Assembly: GCA_043228905.1 (NCBI GenBank)
Contig: JBHGNT010000002.1
Coordinates: 15,438,001 to 15,502,000, forward strand
Length of the DNA: 64,000 nucleotides
Direction: 5' to 3'
Origin: Azolla caroliniana
Taxonomy: Eukaryota > Plantae > Polypodiophyta
Shown here piece after piece: positions 1-11,726 of this stretch. The translations under genes were made by a program, and so were the position numbers. Within the stretch, counting starts at the first letter, position 1, and each line of letters opens with the position of its first letter. The notes under the pieces were generated by a model. It saw nothing but the letters and a program-made list of their open reading frames with translations, was not told the DNA's origin and ran no database searches.

Positions 1-2521
1 CCATCTGACGCAATCGTTGTGTGATCTTCGCATTCCAGGCACGCGGGGCTTGCTTTAGTCCGTAAAGGGACTTCTTCAACCGACACACCGCCGAGGTGTT
101 CGTTCTGGAGTGAAATCTGGGAGGTTGTACCATGTACATATGTTCCTCAAGCTCACCTTGCAGGAACACATTCTTTACATCCATCTGATGTAAGTGCCAC
201 CCCTTCGCCGCAGCTACTACGAGCAAAACGCAGACGGTCATCATCTTCGCAACCGGTGCAAACCTCTCATCGTAGTCGATGTCGTGTTGTTGCGCGTAGC
301 CTTTCGCTACTAACCGGGCCTTGTATCGGTTGAGCGAGCCGTCAATGTTGTACTTGACCTTGTAAACCCACCTACATCCGATTGGTTTCACACCTTTTCG
401 TGCGTCAACCAGGTCCTAGGTTTCATTTTCCGCCAATGCACACATCTCTTCCTCCATTGCGGCACGCCAATTCGTGTCCTTCACCACTTCTGCGTAGCTC
501 TCCGGCTCACACACTTCCCCTACATGGGTCATGTATGCATAGTGATGCGCCATGTACTCATTATATCCGAACCCCTCAACAGGGTTCTTCTAGCGGGTAG
601 ATCGGCGTAATTGCTCATTAGCCGATGTTGAGGCTTTCTTGGCCGACGCGGACTTCGCTCTCAAAGACCCGCCATCACTTCCCTCAAAGTCAGACTCGCG
701 TCGATCCGACTCGTTCCTATCCGTGTCATAATCCGACACCTTCTTCTTCCCTTTTTCCTTGCGTGTAAGCCATCTCCTCGGCTTCCTGCGTGGGGAATGC
801 ATGGCCGAGTCTCCACTACTCGCCGACTCTTCTTCGGAGTGGTGAAACCGACTCAGCCGTCCATTCGGTCCACTTAACCGAAACAAGATCGGACTCTCTT
901 CGAGGGTCTCGATTTCACCTTCATCCAGAGGCACATCAGCCTCACTGACCTCATCGTCAGAACTCGGATTGGAGTTGAGGTCTGGAGTCGGAGGCAAGTA
1001 CCAAGACGCGGACTCGTCAAACACAACGTCGCGACTCACGCGAGCTTGTTTGGTTCGGGGATTATAGCACTTATAACCCTTTTGCTCGTCCAAATAGCCG
1101 ACTAAGATACACTTCTCAGCTTTCGCGTCCAACTTCCTTCGTTTCTCCTTCGGCACATGCACATACACAATGCTACCGAAAACTCTCAAGTGTCGTAGAT
1201 TTGACTTCCTTCCGAAATACAACTCATGTGCCGACACTTTGTCTCCGATCCGATTTTGGATGAACACCGTGGTTCGTACCACCTCAGCTCAATAGAACTT
1301 GGGCAAGATCTTTTCTTCCAGCATTTCCCATGCCGCTTCCACAACCAACCGATTTTTCTTTTCGGCCACGCCGTTTTGCTTCGGCGAATATCTGCAACTA
1401 AATTTGCGCCGAATTCCCATCTGTTGCAGATACCCGTTGAATTGACCGGAAAAGTACTCTTTTCCACCATCCGACCGCAGACACTTGATCTTTCTTCCTG
1501 TTTCCCTTTCGACGAAACTCTTGAGGTCCCAGAAACAGTCGAAGACTTCACTCTTCTTCTCAATGACATAGATCCACGTGTGCCGCGTATAGTTATCAAT
1601 GAAGGAGAAGAAATGTCGACTCCCGCCAAAACTAACATTCTGTGCCGGCCCCCATACATCGGAATGTATCAAGTCGAGCTTGTTCCGGCTCCGATTACGC
1701 TCGTTATGGAAAGGAAGTCGGTGTTGCTTCCCTAGCTGGAAGGCTTCGCAAATTTCTGCCTTCTGGCCACTAAATTTGGGCAATTCGAATACCACCTATT
1801 TCGATTGCAGGTTTTGAAACCGTTGATAGTTGACGTGGCCTATCCTCTTGTGCCATAAGTCGATATTCAACTCGACTTTTTGTCCTTTCGCGAACATTGT
1901 GGTGCCACTGTCACTAAAGTCAAGGATAAACATCCTCTCGTCTCTGCACCCTTGCGCAATAACTTGGCCTTCTTCCTCGATGAAGCACCCGAGATGCGTA
2001 AACCGAACCTACATCCCTTGGTCGACGATCTGTCCGTTCGACACCAGGTTCTTCATGATTGTTGGAACGTGTAACACGTTCATGAGTTTCCCTTTCTGCT
2101 CGAAATGGCTCAGGGGAACTTCACCGACATTCGCGATCGGATGTGGAGTGTCGTCTCCGGTTGCGACTACTCCCAGTTGCATTGGTTTCTCAAGTTATGA
2201 GAACCACTCCCTGTGGCACGTCATGTGGTTTGATGCGCCGGAGTCGACGTACCACACCTCGTCCGATTTTGGTGTGGACTTCTTCATCGAGTTTGCTTCG
2301 TGTTTCGTCACGAAGGCTGACCCTTTTTCGGCTTTTCCGGATCCTTCGGCATAGTGCAATCGCTACCGATTACCCTTGTCGGTTTGTCCGGATCCAGTCC
2401 TCTCCGATTCGGCGCGCTTCTTCTAGCACTCGCTCTCCTTGTGGCCTTTCTTGCCACAGTACCAGCATTCCGCAGTGGATTTCCCTTGTCGGTTCTCGTC
2501 GCCTCGACTCCCCTTGTTTCC

Positions 2522-5500
2522 TGTAGAAAGTAGCGTGCGGAAGCAAGTATGAAGACCGAATAGAAGAGAGGAAACTCAGGTTTAATGGAGAGCTTGAGCT
2601 TACACGGTATACACAGGAGAGACAGAGAGAGAAACACAAAAAACTATATTCAACAATAATACTCAATCTGTACATAAGACGTGCTTCAATGAACACTTTT
2701 ATACAAGTCCTAGAAGGACTGACCGAAGTACTAACAGTACTTCAATGCTCATTAAGAGCTCCTACACTAACTCCCAAATATATTCCTCATGGAATATCTT
2801 TCCTTACGGCCTCCCGGTTTACGCACTCGGCCTAACCGATCGGTCCCAACCGATCCGGTCCTCGGCTTCTTCAGCCGATCCAGCCGATGTTGAGCTTGTC
2901 TCTCAACACTCCCCCTCAAGCTCAACTCGAGGCTCTTTGGGATCCTCGGACTCACAGCTCCAGTTCCTCCTGGCTTCACGCCTCGCTCGCTCTCCTCCAC
3001 CTGTTCGACTCCGCGCGCTTCGACCCTTCCGGTCGGCTTGTCTGCTCATGTGGCCCTTATCAGCTCTTCTGTTGTTGCGGTGTTGACAATTCTTCTGCTG
3101 CCTTTTCTTCCACTTGGGCCTCGGTTGATTCAACGTGTCTGAATCAAACATCCGAACCGATTCGGCTACCTCCGATCGGTTTTCGCTCTCGTCCGAGTTG
3201 GCGGTCTCCAACTCGTCGTCAGTCTTCTCGCCCTCGATGGCGTCATCTCCCCCATGCGTGGTTGGCTTCGGCTCTCTCCTTCGGCTGCTCCCCTTCTGTC
3301 CGCTTCCGAACTTCTCCGCGGGTCCGCCCTCGGCTTCTTCAGCCGATTCGAAGTCGAACTCGACAACTGACTCAGTGTCGTGGTCTCCGCTCCTTTCCTG
3401 CTGCCTTGCTTGGTTGTTCGGGATTGTTCTCCCCCTCAAGTTTGGCACCTCGAGGTGATGCAATCCGAGCGCACCTGAGAATTGCCGCAACTTGTCAGGC
3501 CAAGAGGCTTTGTGAAGATGTCGGCAATCTGCCGATCCGTCGGCACGTATTGAAATTCGACTTCACCGGAAAGGACACGCTCACGGACGAAATGCTAGTG
3601 CACCTCAATGTGCTTGGTCCGTGCGTGGAAAACGGGGTTCTTCACGAGCTAGATGCTGCTGAGGTTGTCGCAGTAGATCGTCGTCGGATCTGACACCTCT
3701 TGCAGGTCCTTAAGTAGCCGCTTCAACCATATGGCTTCGCATGTCACGACAGCCGCTCCTCGGTACTCAGCTTCAGTGCTGGACAGTGCCACTGTCGGCT
3801 GCTTCTTACTGCTCCACGCGATCGCAGCACTCCCGAGGGAGAACGCGTATCCGGACGTGGATCGGCGATCGGCGGCGTTGCCAGCCCAATCAACATCGGT
3901 GTAGCCGACTAACTGCGCGGCTACACCGGTCCGATATAGCAGTCTACGGTCCTTAGTGCCACTTACGTACCGCAGTACGCATTGCGCACATTGAAGGTGC
4001 TCCTCGGTAGGTCGCGCCATGAACTGACTGATCACCCCAACCGGATAACTGAGGTCGGGTCGGGTGATGGTCAAGTATATGAGGCTTCCGACAATTTGTC
4101 GGAACCTCGTCGGGTTGCATACCTTTCCCATATCGGAACGAAGCTTGACGGTTCTGTCCAGACGAGTCGAGACGAACTTACAGTCGGCCATCCCGAATTT
4201 AAAGAGCATACCCAGCACATAATGACGTTGGCTGATCAATATGCCTTCGGGGGTACGGATCACTTCAATCCCGAGGAAGTAATGAAGGTCCCCCAGATCC
4301 TTCATGTCGAACGATGCCACAAGCTGGAGCTTCACGCGGTTGATTTCACCTAGGTCGGCGCCGGTGATGACCAAGTCATCAACATATAGTAAAATACTAA
4401 CCGGTCCGAGTCGACCTTGCTGGATGAACAGGGAAGAGTCCGATTTTGACGTGACGAAGCCCATCCGATGCAGTTGTTGCGTGATCTTCGCGTTCCAGGC
4501 ACGCGGGGCTTGCTTCAGTCCATAAAGGGACTTCTTCAGTCGGCATACTGCCGACGAGTTCGTTCCGGAGTGAAATCCGGGGGGTTGTACCATGTATACT
4601 TGTTCCTCAAGGTCACCTTGCAGGAACGCATTCTTTACATCCATTTGATGTAGGTGCCACCCCTTGGCTGCAGCTACTGCGAGCAAAACACGGACAGTCG
4701 TCATTTTCGCGACCGGCGCAAATGTCTCATCGTAGTCAATGTCGTGTTTCTGCGCGTAGCCCTTTGCCACTAGCCGAGCCTTGTACCGGTTGACCGAGCC
4801 ATCGGTGTTGTACTTGACTTTGTACACCCACCTACACCCAATCGGCTTCACACCCTTCGGTGCGTCAACTAGGTCCCAGGTCTCGTTCTCCGCCAATGCG
4901 AGCATCTCTTCTTTCATCACGACGCGTCAATTCGTTTCTTTAGCCGCTTCTGTGTACCTCTCCGGCTCACGCACTTCCACTACATGGGTCATGTACGCAT
5001 AATGATGCGCCATGTACTCGTTGTATCCGAACCGCAAAACAGGATTCTTCTAGCGGGTAGATCGGCGTAATCTCACGTTAGCCGATGTCGAGGCCTTCTC
5101 GGTCGACGCGGCCTTCACCTTTAAAGACCCGTCACCGGTTCCCTCGGAGTCGAACTCGCGTCGATCTGACTCATTCCTTTCCGTGCCGGAATCCGACATC
5201 TTCTTCTTCCCTTTCTCTTTGCGCGTAAGCCGTCTCCTCGGCTTCCTGCGCGGGGAATGCACGGCCGAGTCTCCACTACTCGACGACTCTTCATCGGACT
5301 GGTCGTACCGACTCAGTCGTCCAATCGGTCCACTTAACCGGAGTGAAAACGGACTCTCTTCGCAGGTCTCGATTTCGGGCTCATCCGGAGGCATCTCGGC
5401 CTCGCTGACCTCATCGTCAAAGCTCGGATTGGAGTCGGGTTTCGGAATCGGGGACAGGTACCAGGACGCGGACTCGTCAAACACAACGTCGCGGCTGACA

Positions 5501-8184
5501 CGCGCTTGTTTGGTGTGAGGGTTATAGCACTTATAACCCTTCTGCTCGTCTGAGTAACCGACCAAGATACATTTCTCGGCCTTTGCGTCCAGCTTCCTCC
5601 TTTTCTCCTTCGGTACATGCACATACGCAATGCTACCGAACACCCTCAAGTGTCGCAAGTTCGGCTTCGTTCCGAAATATAGCTCGTGCGCCGACACTTT
5701 GTCTCCGATCTGGTTCTGGATGTATACCGCGGTCCTTACTGCCTCGGCCCAGTAGAACTTGGGCAAGCTCTTCTCCTCTAGCATTGCCCGTGCCACTTCC
5801 ACAACTGACCGATTCTTCCTCTCGGCCACGTCGTTCTGCTCTGGCGTGTATCTACAACTGAATTCGCAACGAATTCCCATTTGTTATAGGTAACCGTTGA
5901 ATTGACTGGAAAAGTACTCTTTCCCGCCATCCGACCGCAGGCACTTGATCTTTCGTCCTGTTTCTGTTTCCACGAACCCTTTGAGGTCCCGGAAACAGTC
6001 GAAGACTTCGCTCTTCCTCTCAATGAGGTAGATCCACGTGTGCCGCGTGTGGTCGTCGATGAAGGAGACGAAATATCGGCTCCCGCCAAGACTAACGTTT
6101 TGTGTCGGCCCCCATACATCGGAGTGTATAAGGTCGAGCTTGTTCCGGCTCTGGTTTCGCTCGTTGGGGAAGGGAAGTCGGTGTTGCTTCCCGAGCTGGC
6201 AGGCTTCACAAATTTGTGCCTTTCGGTTACTAAATTTGGGCAATCCGAACACTACCTGTTTTGATTCCATATCTTGAAGCTGTTGGTGGTTGACGTGGCC
6301 TATCCGCTTGTGCCACAAGTCGATGTCCGACTCGGATTTTTGTCCCTTCGCGAACATTGCGATGCTGCCGTCAGTGGAGTCGAGGATGAACATCCTCCCG
6401 TCTCTGCGCCCTTGCGCAATCACACGGCCTTCTTCCTCAATGAAGCACCCAAGGTGTGTAAACCGAACCTGCATCCCTTGGTCGACGATCTGTCCGACCG
6501 AGACCAAGCTTTTCGTGATTGTCGGAACGTGCAGCACGTTCATGAGTTTCTCTTTCTGCCCGACATGGCTAAGGGGAACTTCTTTGACATTCGCGATCAG
6601 ATGCGGAGTGTCGTCTCCTGTTGTGACTACTCCAGGTTGTATCGGTTTTTCAAGGTACGAGAACCACTCCTTATGGCTCGTCATGTGGTTTGACGCGCCG
6701 GAGTCTACATACCACACCTCGTCCGATCTCGGGGTGCTCTATTTCATTGAGTTTGCTTCGTGTCTCGTCACGAAGGCAGACCATTCTCCGTCTCTCCCGG
6801 AGTCTTCGGCGTAGTGCGATCGCTGCCGATTTCCCTTGTCGGTATGTCCGGAGCTGTTTCCGGAACCGGTTCTCTCCAAATCGGCGCGCTTCTTCCAGCA
6901 CTCGCTTTCCCTGTGGCCTTTCTTGCCACAGTACCAGCACTCCGCGATGGCCTTCCCTTGCCGATTCTCATCACTTCGACTCCGCCTGTTTCCGGAGGGT
7001 CCGGAGTTGCTGTCGGCATCACTTCGGTGCCTTCTTCCTTGATCTCGTCAGCCGTCTCCATTGCGCACCGACTCGCCTCGTCCTCCACGTCCACGGGGCC
7101 TATCTCCCTCCATGTACAACATTTTGTTGTCGGTGTGCGTGCTTGTAGATGCACCCGCGTGGTTCTCCTCTACCAAGAGCATTGACTGTAAGTAAAAAAA
7201 GGACGGCGTATTCTCCCGGGTACACACAACCGTTCGGAACGCTCCAAACTTCGACGCCAAACCTCCGAGACAGATCTGGACCATCTCGCTCTCCTCAACG
7301 TTCACCTCTATGGAGGCGAGGGAGTCGCAGATATCCTTGATCTTCGAGGTATAGTCCGCCACCGACAAGTCGCGTTGTCGTAGGTTGCTCAACTCTTGTC
7401 AGAGTTGAAGCTTCCTAGCTGTGGTGCTTGCGGCGAAGATCTTCTTCAGATTTTCCCACGCACCCTTCGGCGTCTTTGCATCCCAAATATAGCTCAATAG
7501 CTGTTCGCCCACACACGACGCGAATCAGTATAATACCCTACTCGCCGATTGCTCCCACGACGGGAAGTCTCTGTGTGTCGATTCGGGTGCCGCATCATTA
7601 GCTCCTTCGACATAACTCCAGTAGCCGTGCCCAAGCAAGTACTGGTGCATCTTGTAGGACCAAGACGCGTAGTTGGTTCTGTCGAGCTTCTCTGTTGGAA
7701 GCGAGCTCGCCATGCCTCTATCCATCGTTCTTCTTGTTCTTCTTCGTCAAGCTGTGTCGGCTGCAAAGAGGTTCTCAACCCTCGCGCTCTGATACCATGT
7801 AGAAAGTAGCGTGCGGAAGCAAGTATGAAGACCGAACAGAAGAGAGGAAACTCAGGTTTAATGGAGAGCTTGAGCTTACACGGTATACGCAGGAGAGACA
7901 GAGAGAGAAACACAAAAAACTATATTCAACAATAATACTCAATCTGTACATAAGACGTGCTTCAGTGAACACTTTTATACAAGTCCTAGAAGGACTGACC
8001 GAAGTATTGACAGTACTTCAATGCTCATTAAGAGCTCCTACACTAACTCCCAAATATATTCCTCACGGAATATCTTTCCTAACGGCCTCCCGGTTTACGC
8101 ACTCGGCCTAACCGATCGATCCCAACCGATCCGGTCCTCGGCTTCTTCAGCCGATCCAGCCGATGTTGAGCTTGTCTCTCAACA
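2522..8184 (-). mobile_element. Full-length Ty1/copia element B with both LTRs and 5-bp TSD TTTCC
   Basis: LTRs 2522-2908 and 7798-8184 (387 bp each, about 8 mismatches by eye); TSD 2517-2521 and 8185-8189; PBS TGGTATCAGAGC 7786-7797; PPT GAGGGGGAG 2909-2917; gag-PR-INT-RT-RH order. Confidence 0.97.
2903..7725 (-). pseudogene. Copia B gag-pol polyprotein, disrupted by several stops and frameshifts
   Basis: ORF pieces: gag 7725-7048, PR/INT 6717-5050, RT/RH 4920-3649 (QMDVKNAFL, LLYVDD, SSTEAEY), charged tail 3490-2903. Confidence 0.93.
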
Positions 8185-11100
8185 TTTCCGAAAGGTTCGG
8201 AATTGCTGTCGGCCTCACTTCGGTGCCTCCTTCCTCGGTTCCGTCGGCCGCTTCCATTGCGCACAGACTCGACTCGTTCGCCACGACCACGGGGCCTATC
8301 TCCCTCCGTGTATAGCATCTTGTTGTCGGCATGTGTGCTCGTCGACGCACCCGTGTGGTTCTCCTCTATAAAGAGCATCGACTATAGGTCAAAAAACGAC
8401 GGTGTATTCTCTCGTGTACACACAGCAGTTCGGAATGCTCCGAACTTTGACACCAGTCCCCCGAGACAGATCTGCAGCATCTCGCCTTCCTCGACGTTCA
8501 CATCGATAGACGCTAAGGAGTCACATATCTCTTTGATCTTCGAGGTGTAATCAGCCACCGACAAGTCGCGTTGTCGTAAGTTGCTCAGCTCCTACCAGAG
8601 TTGAAGCTTCCTGGCTGTGGTGCTTGTGGCGAAAATCTTCTTCAGATTTCCTCAAGCATCTTCCAGTGTTTTCGCATCCCAAATGTAGCTTAGAAACTGT
8701 TCGCCCACACAAGACGCGAAGCAGTAGAGGACTCTGCACACCGATTGCTCCCACGCTGGGAAATCTCTGTGTGTCGAATTGGGTGTTGTGTCATTTGCTC
8801 CGTTGTCGTAGCTCCAATAACTGTGCCCGAGCAGGTACTGGTGCATCTTGTAAGACCAAGACGCGTAGTTGTTTCTGTTGAGCTTCTCTGTTGGAAGCAA
8901 GCCAGCCATGCCTCTATCCATTTTGTTTTTCATGTTCTTTATGAAGGTTAGGTTTTTTTCTTTGAGCTAAGGTTGGCTACAGAGGTTCTCAACCCTCGCG
9001 CTCTGATACCATGTAAAAAGAATAGCGTGCGGAAGCAATAGACACCGAACACAGAAACGTAGGTTTAATGGAGAGCTTGAATATACACAGTACACGCGAG
9101 AGAGAAAGAGAGCACATAAAACTTAATTCAAAAATAATACTCACTCTGTACATAGGATATGCTCAGTGAGCACTTTTATACAAGTCCATACGGACTGACA
9201 GAAGTATTGACACGTACTTCAATGCTCATAAGTGAGCTCTACACTAACTCCCAAAATATATTCCTACGCGGAATATCTTTCCAATGGCCTCACGGTTTAC
9301 GCACTGCTACGGCCTGTCGTTGGGTACTGGTTTGCACACCGGTTTACGCACCCGGTTTACGCACCGTCCAGCCTCACCAAACGATCCCAACCGATCTGGT
9401 TCTCGGCTTCCATAGCCGATCCGGCCAATGTTCAGCTTGTATCTCAACACTAATATTTCTCTCCAAGATCCTTCATTTCGAAAGATGTCGCGAGCTAAGA
9501 CTTCATCAACATAAAGTAAGAGATAGACCGGTCCATGTTGACCCGACCGAGTGAACAATGAAGAGTCCGACTTGGACGTCATAAACCCCATTCTACGCAA
9601 TCGTTGCGTAATCTTCTCATTCCAAGCTTGTGGGGCTTGCTTAAGTCCATATAATGCCTTCTTCAATCGACAAACTGCCAAAGTGTTCTGTTCGGATAGA
9701 AATTCGGGTGGCGGTACCATGTACACATGTTCCTCAAGATCGCCTTGTAGTAACGCATTTTTTACATCAATTTGATGTAAGTGCCGCTCCTTCACCGCCG
9801 CTACGACTAGCAGAACGCGCATCGTGGTCATTTTCACGACCGGCACGAACGTTTCTTCATAATCTACGCCATGCTTTTGCGCGTAGCCTTTCGCAACCAA
9901 ACGGGCCTTATATCGGTTGACCGTACTGTCGATGTTGTATTTCACTTTAAACACCCATCTACATCCGATCGGCTTAACACCTTTAGGTGCGTCAACTAGG
10001 TCCCAAGTCTCGTTTTCCGTTAAAGCGTGCATCTCTTCCTCCATCACGGCACACCAATTCGCGTCTTCAGCCACCTCTGTGTAGCTCTCCGGCTCACGCA
10101 CTTCCGTCACTCATGTCATGTATGCATAATGATGTGCCATGTATTCATAGTACCCGTATCTTTTTACGGGTTTCTTCAGGCGGGTACATCGACGTAATTC
10201 GTGATTACCCGATTTCACGACCTTTTCAGTCAATTTCTACCTCTTCCGCAGAGGTTCCTTTTGGATTGGCCCAAAGTCAGATTCGCTCCGTTCTGACTCG
10301 GCACTGTCGAAATCGTATTCTAACATTTTTTTCTTCCCTTTTTCTTTACGTGTAAATCGTCTCCTCCGTTCTTTACGCGGGGACAACACGATCGAGTCTC
10401 CTCTACTCGTGGGTTCTTCATTTGGTTGGCCATCTCAGCCCAGCCCCTCATTCGGCCCGCTTAGCCGAAATGAGATTGAACTTTTTGTCAAAGCTTCGAT
10501 TTCCTCATCACACGGAGGTAGCTCAGCCTTGCTGACCTCTTCTTCAGAATTTGGAATGGAGTCATCAAGGATTGGAGGCGAAGTCAAGTACCACGAAGCG
10601 GACTCGTCGAACACGACATCTCACCTTATGCAAACTTCCTTCGTTCGGGGGTTATAATAGCTATACCTCTTTTGTTCGTCTGAATAGCCGATTAAGATGC
10701 ACATTTCGGCTTTGGCATCCAGCTTCCTCCGTTACTCCTTCGGCACATGCACATACGTGATGCTGGCGAAAATCCTCAAGTGTGCCATGTTCGGCTTCTT
10801 TCCAAAGTACAACTCATGTGGCGACACTCCTCAATTAGCAAAAGTCCGATTCTGCAAATAAGCAGTCGTCCTTATGGCTTCAATATATGCTTCTCTTCAA
10901 GCATTGCCCTGGTCGCTTCTTCAATTGTCCGATTCTTCTGCTCGGATACGCCGTTATGTTTTGGCGTATATCTACATGAGAATTCGCGTTGAATTCCCTC
11001 CTTCTGTAGATAACTTGTGGACTGGTCTAAGAAGTAATCCTTCCCACCATCGAACCGTAGGCACTTGATCTTATGCTCAATTTCCCTTTCCACAAGGCTA

Positions 11101-11726
11101 TTCACCTTCAGGAAGCAAACGAAGACTTCACTCTTTTTCACGATCAAGGACGCCCAGGTGTGCCGAGTGAAGTCATCGATGAAGGTTACGAAGTAACAGC
11201 TTCCACCAAGACTCATGTTCTGTGTCGGTCCCCATACATCCGAATGGATTAAGTCGAGCGGATTTCGACTTCGATTACGTTCGTTTCAGAACGGAAGTCG
11301 GTGTTGCTTCCCCCGTTGGCAGGTTTCGCAGACTTTGCCATTACGGCCCCGAAATTTTGGCAATCCAAAAACAATATTCTTCGTCTGCATTTCACGAAGC
11401 CATGGGAAGTTAACGTGCCCGAACCGCTTGTGCCATAGGTCGATATCCAATTCGACCTTTTGTCCTCTCACGAACAACGCAGTTCCGGCTTGGTTGGTGT
11501 CGAGGATGAACATCCTCCCTTCACAGTACCCTTATGTGATAACTTGATCTTCCTCTTCGATGTAGCACCTGAGGTGCGTGAATCAAACTTGCAGCCCCTA
11601 GTCGACGATCTGACCGACCGACACCAGGTTCTTGGTTATCGTCGGGATGTGCAACACGTTCATAAGTTTCCCTTTCTGTTTGATGTGGCTGAGGGGAACT
11701 TCTCTGACATGTTCGATGGTATGAGG

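Larger units (their letters stand above)
1..9449 (-). mobile_element. Ty1/copia element A (3' end outside window), split in gag by element B
   Basis: RT at 1-590; INT at 590-1795 (LIHSDVWGP, CLRSDGGKEY); protease WYVDSGASNH near 2250; gag resumes 8190-8933; PBS-Met TGGTATCAGAG 9001-9011; 5' LTR 9012-9449 (TG...CA). Internal stops present. Confidence 0.93.

Noticed and set aside
11721-11726. TSD for the Trp-primed element
   Set aside because: Flanks TGAGG and ACGGA do not match cleanly, so no TSD is claimed even though host sequence resumes.
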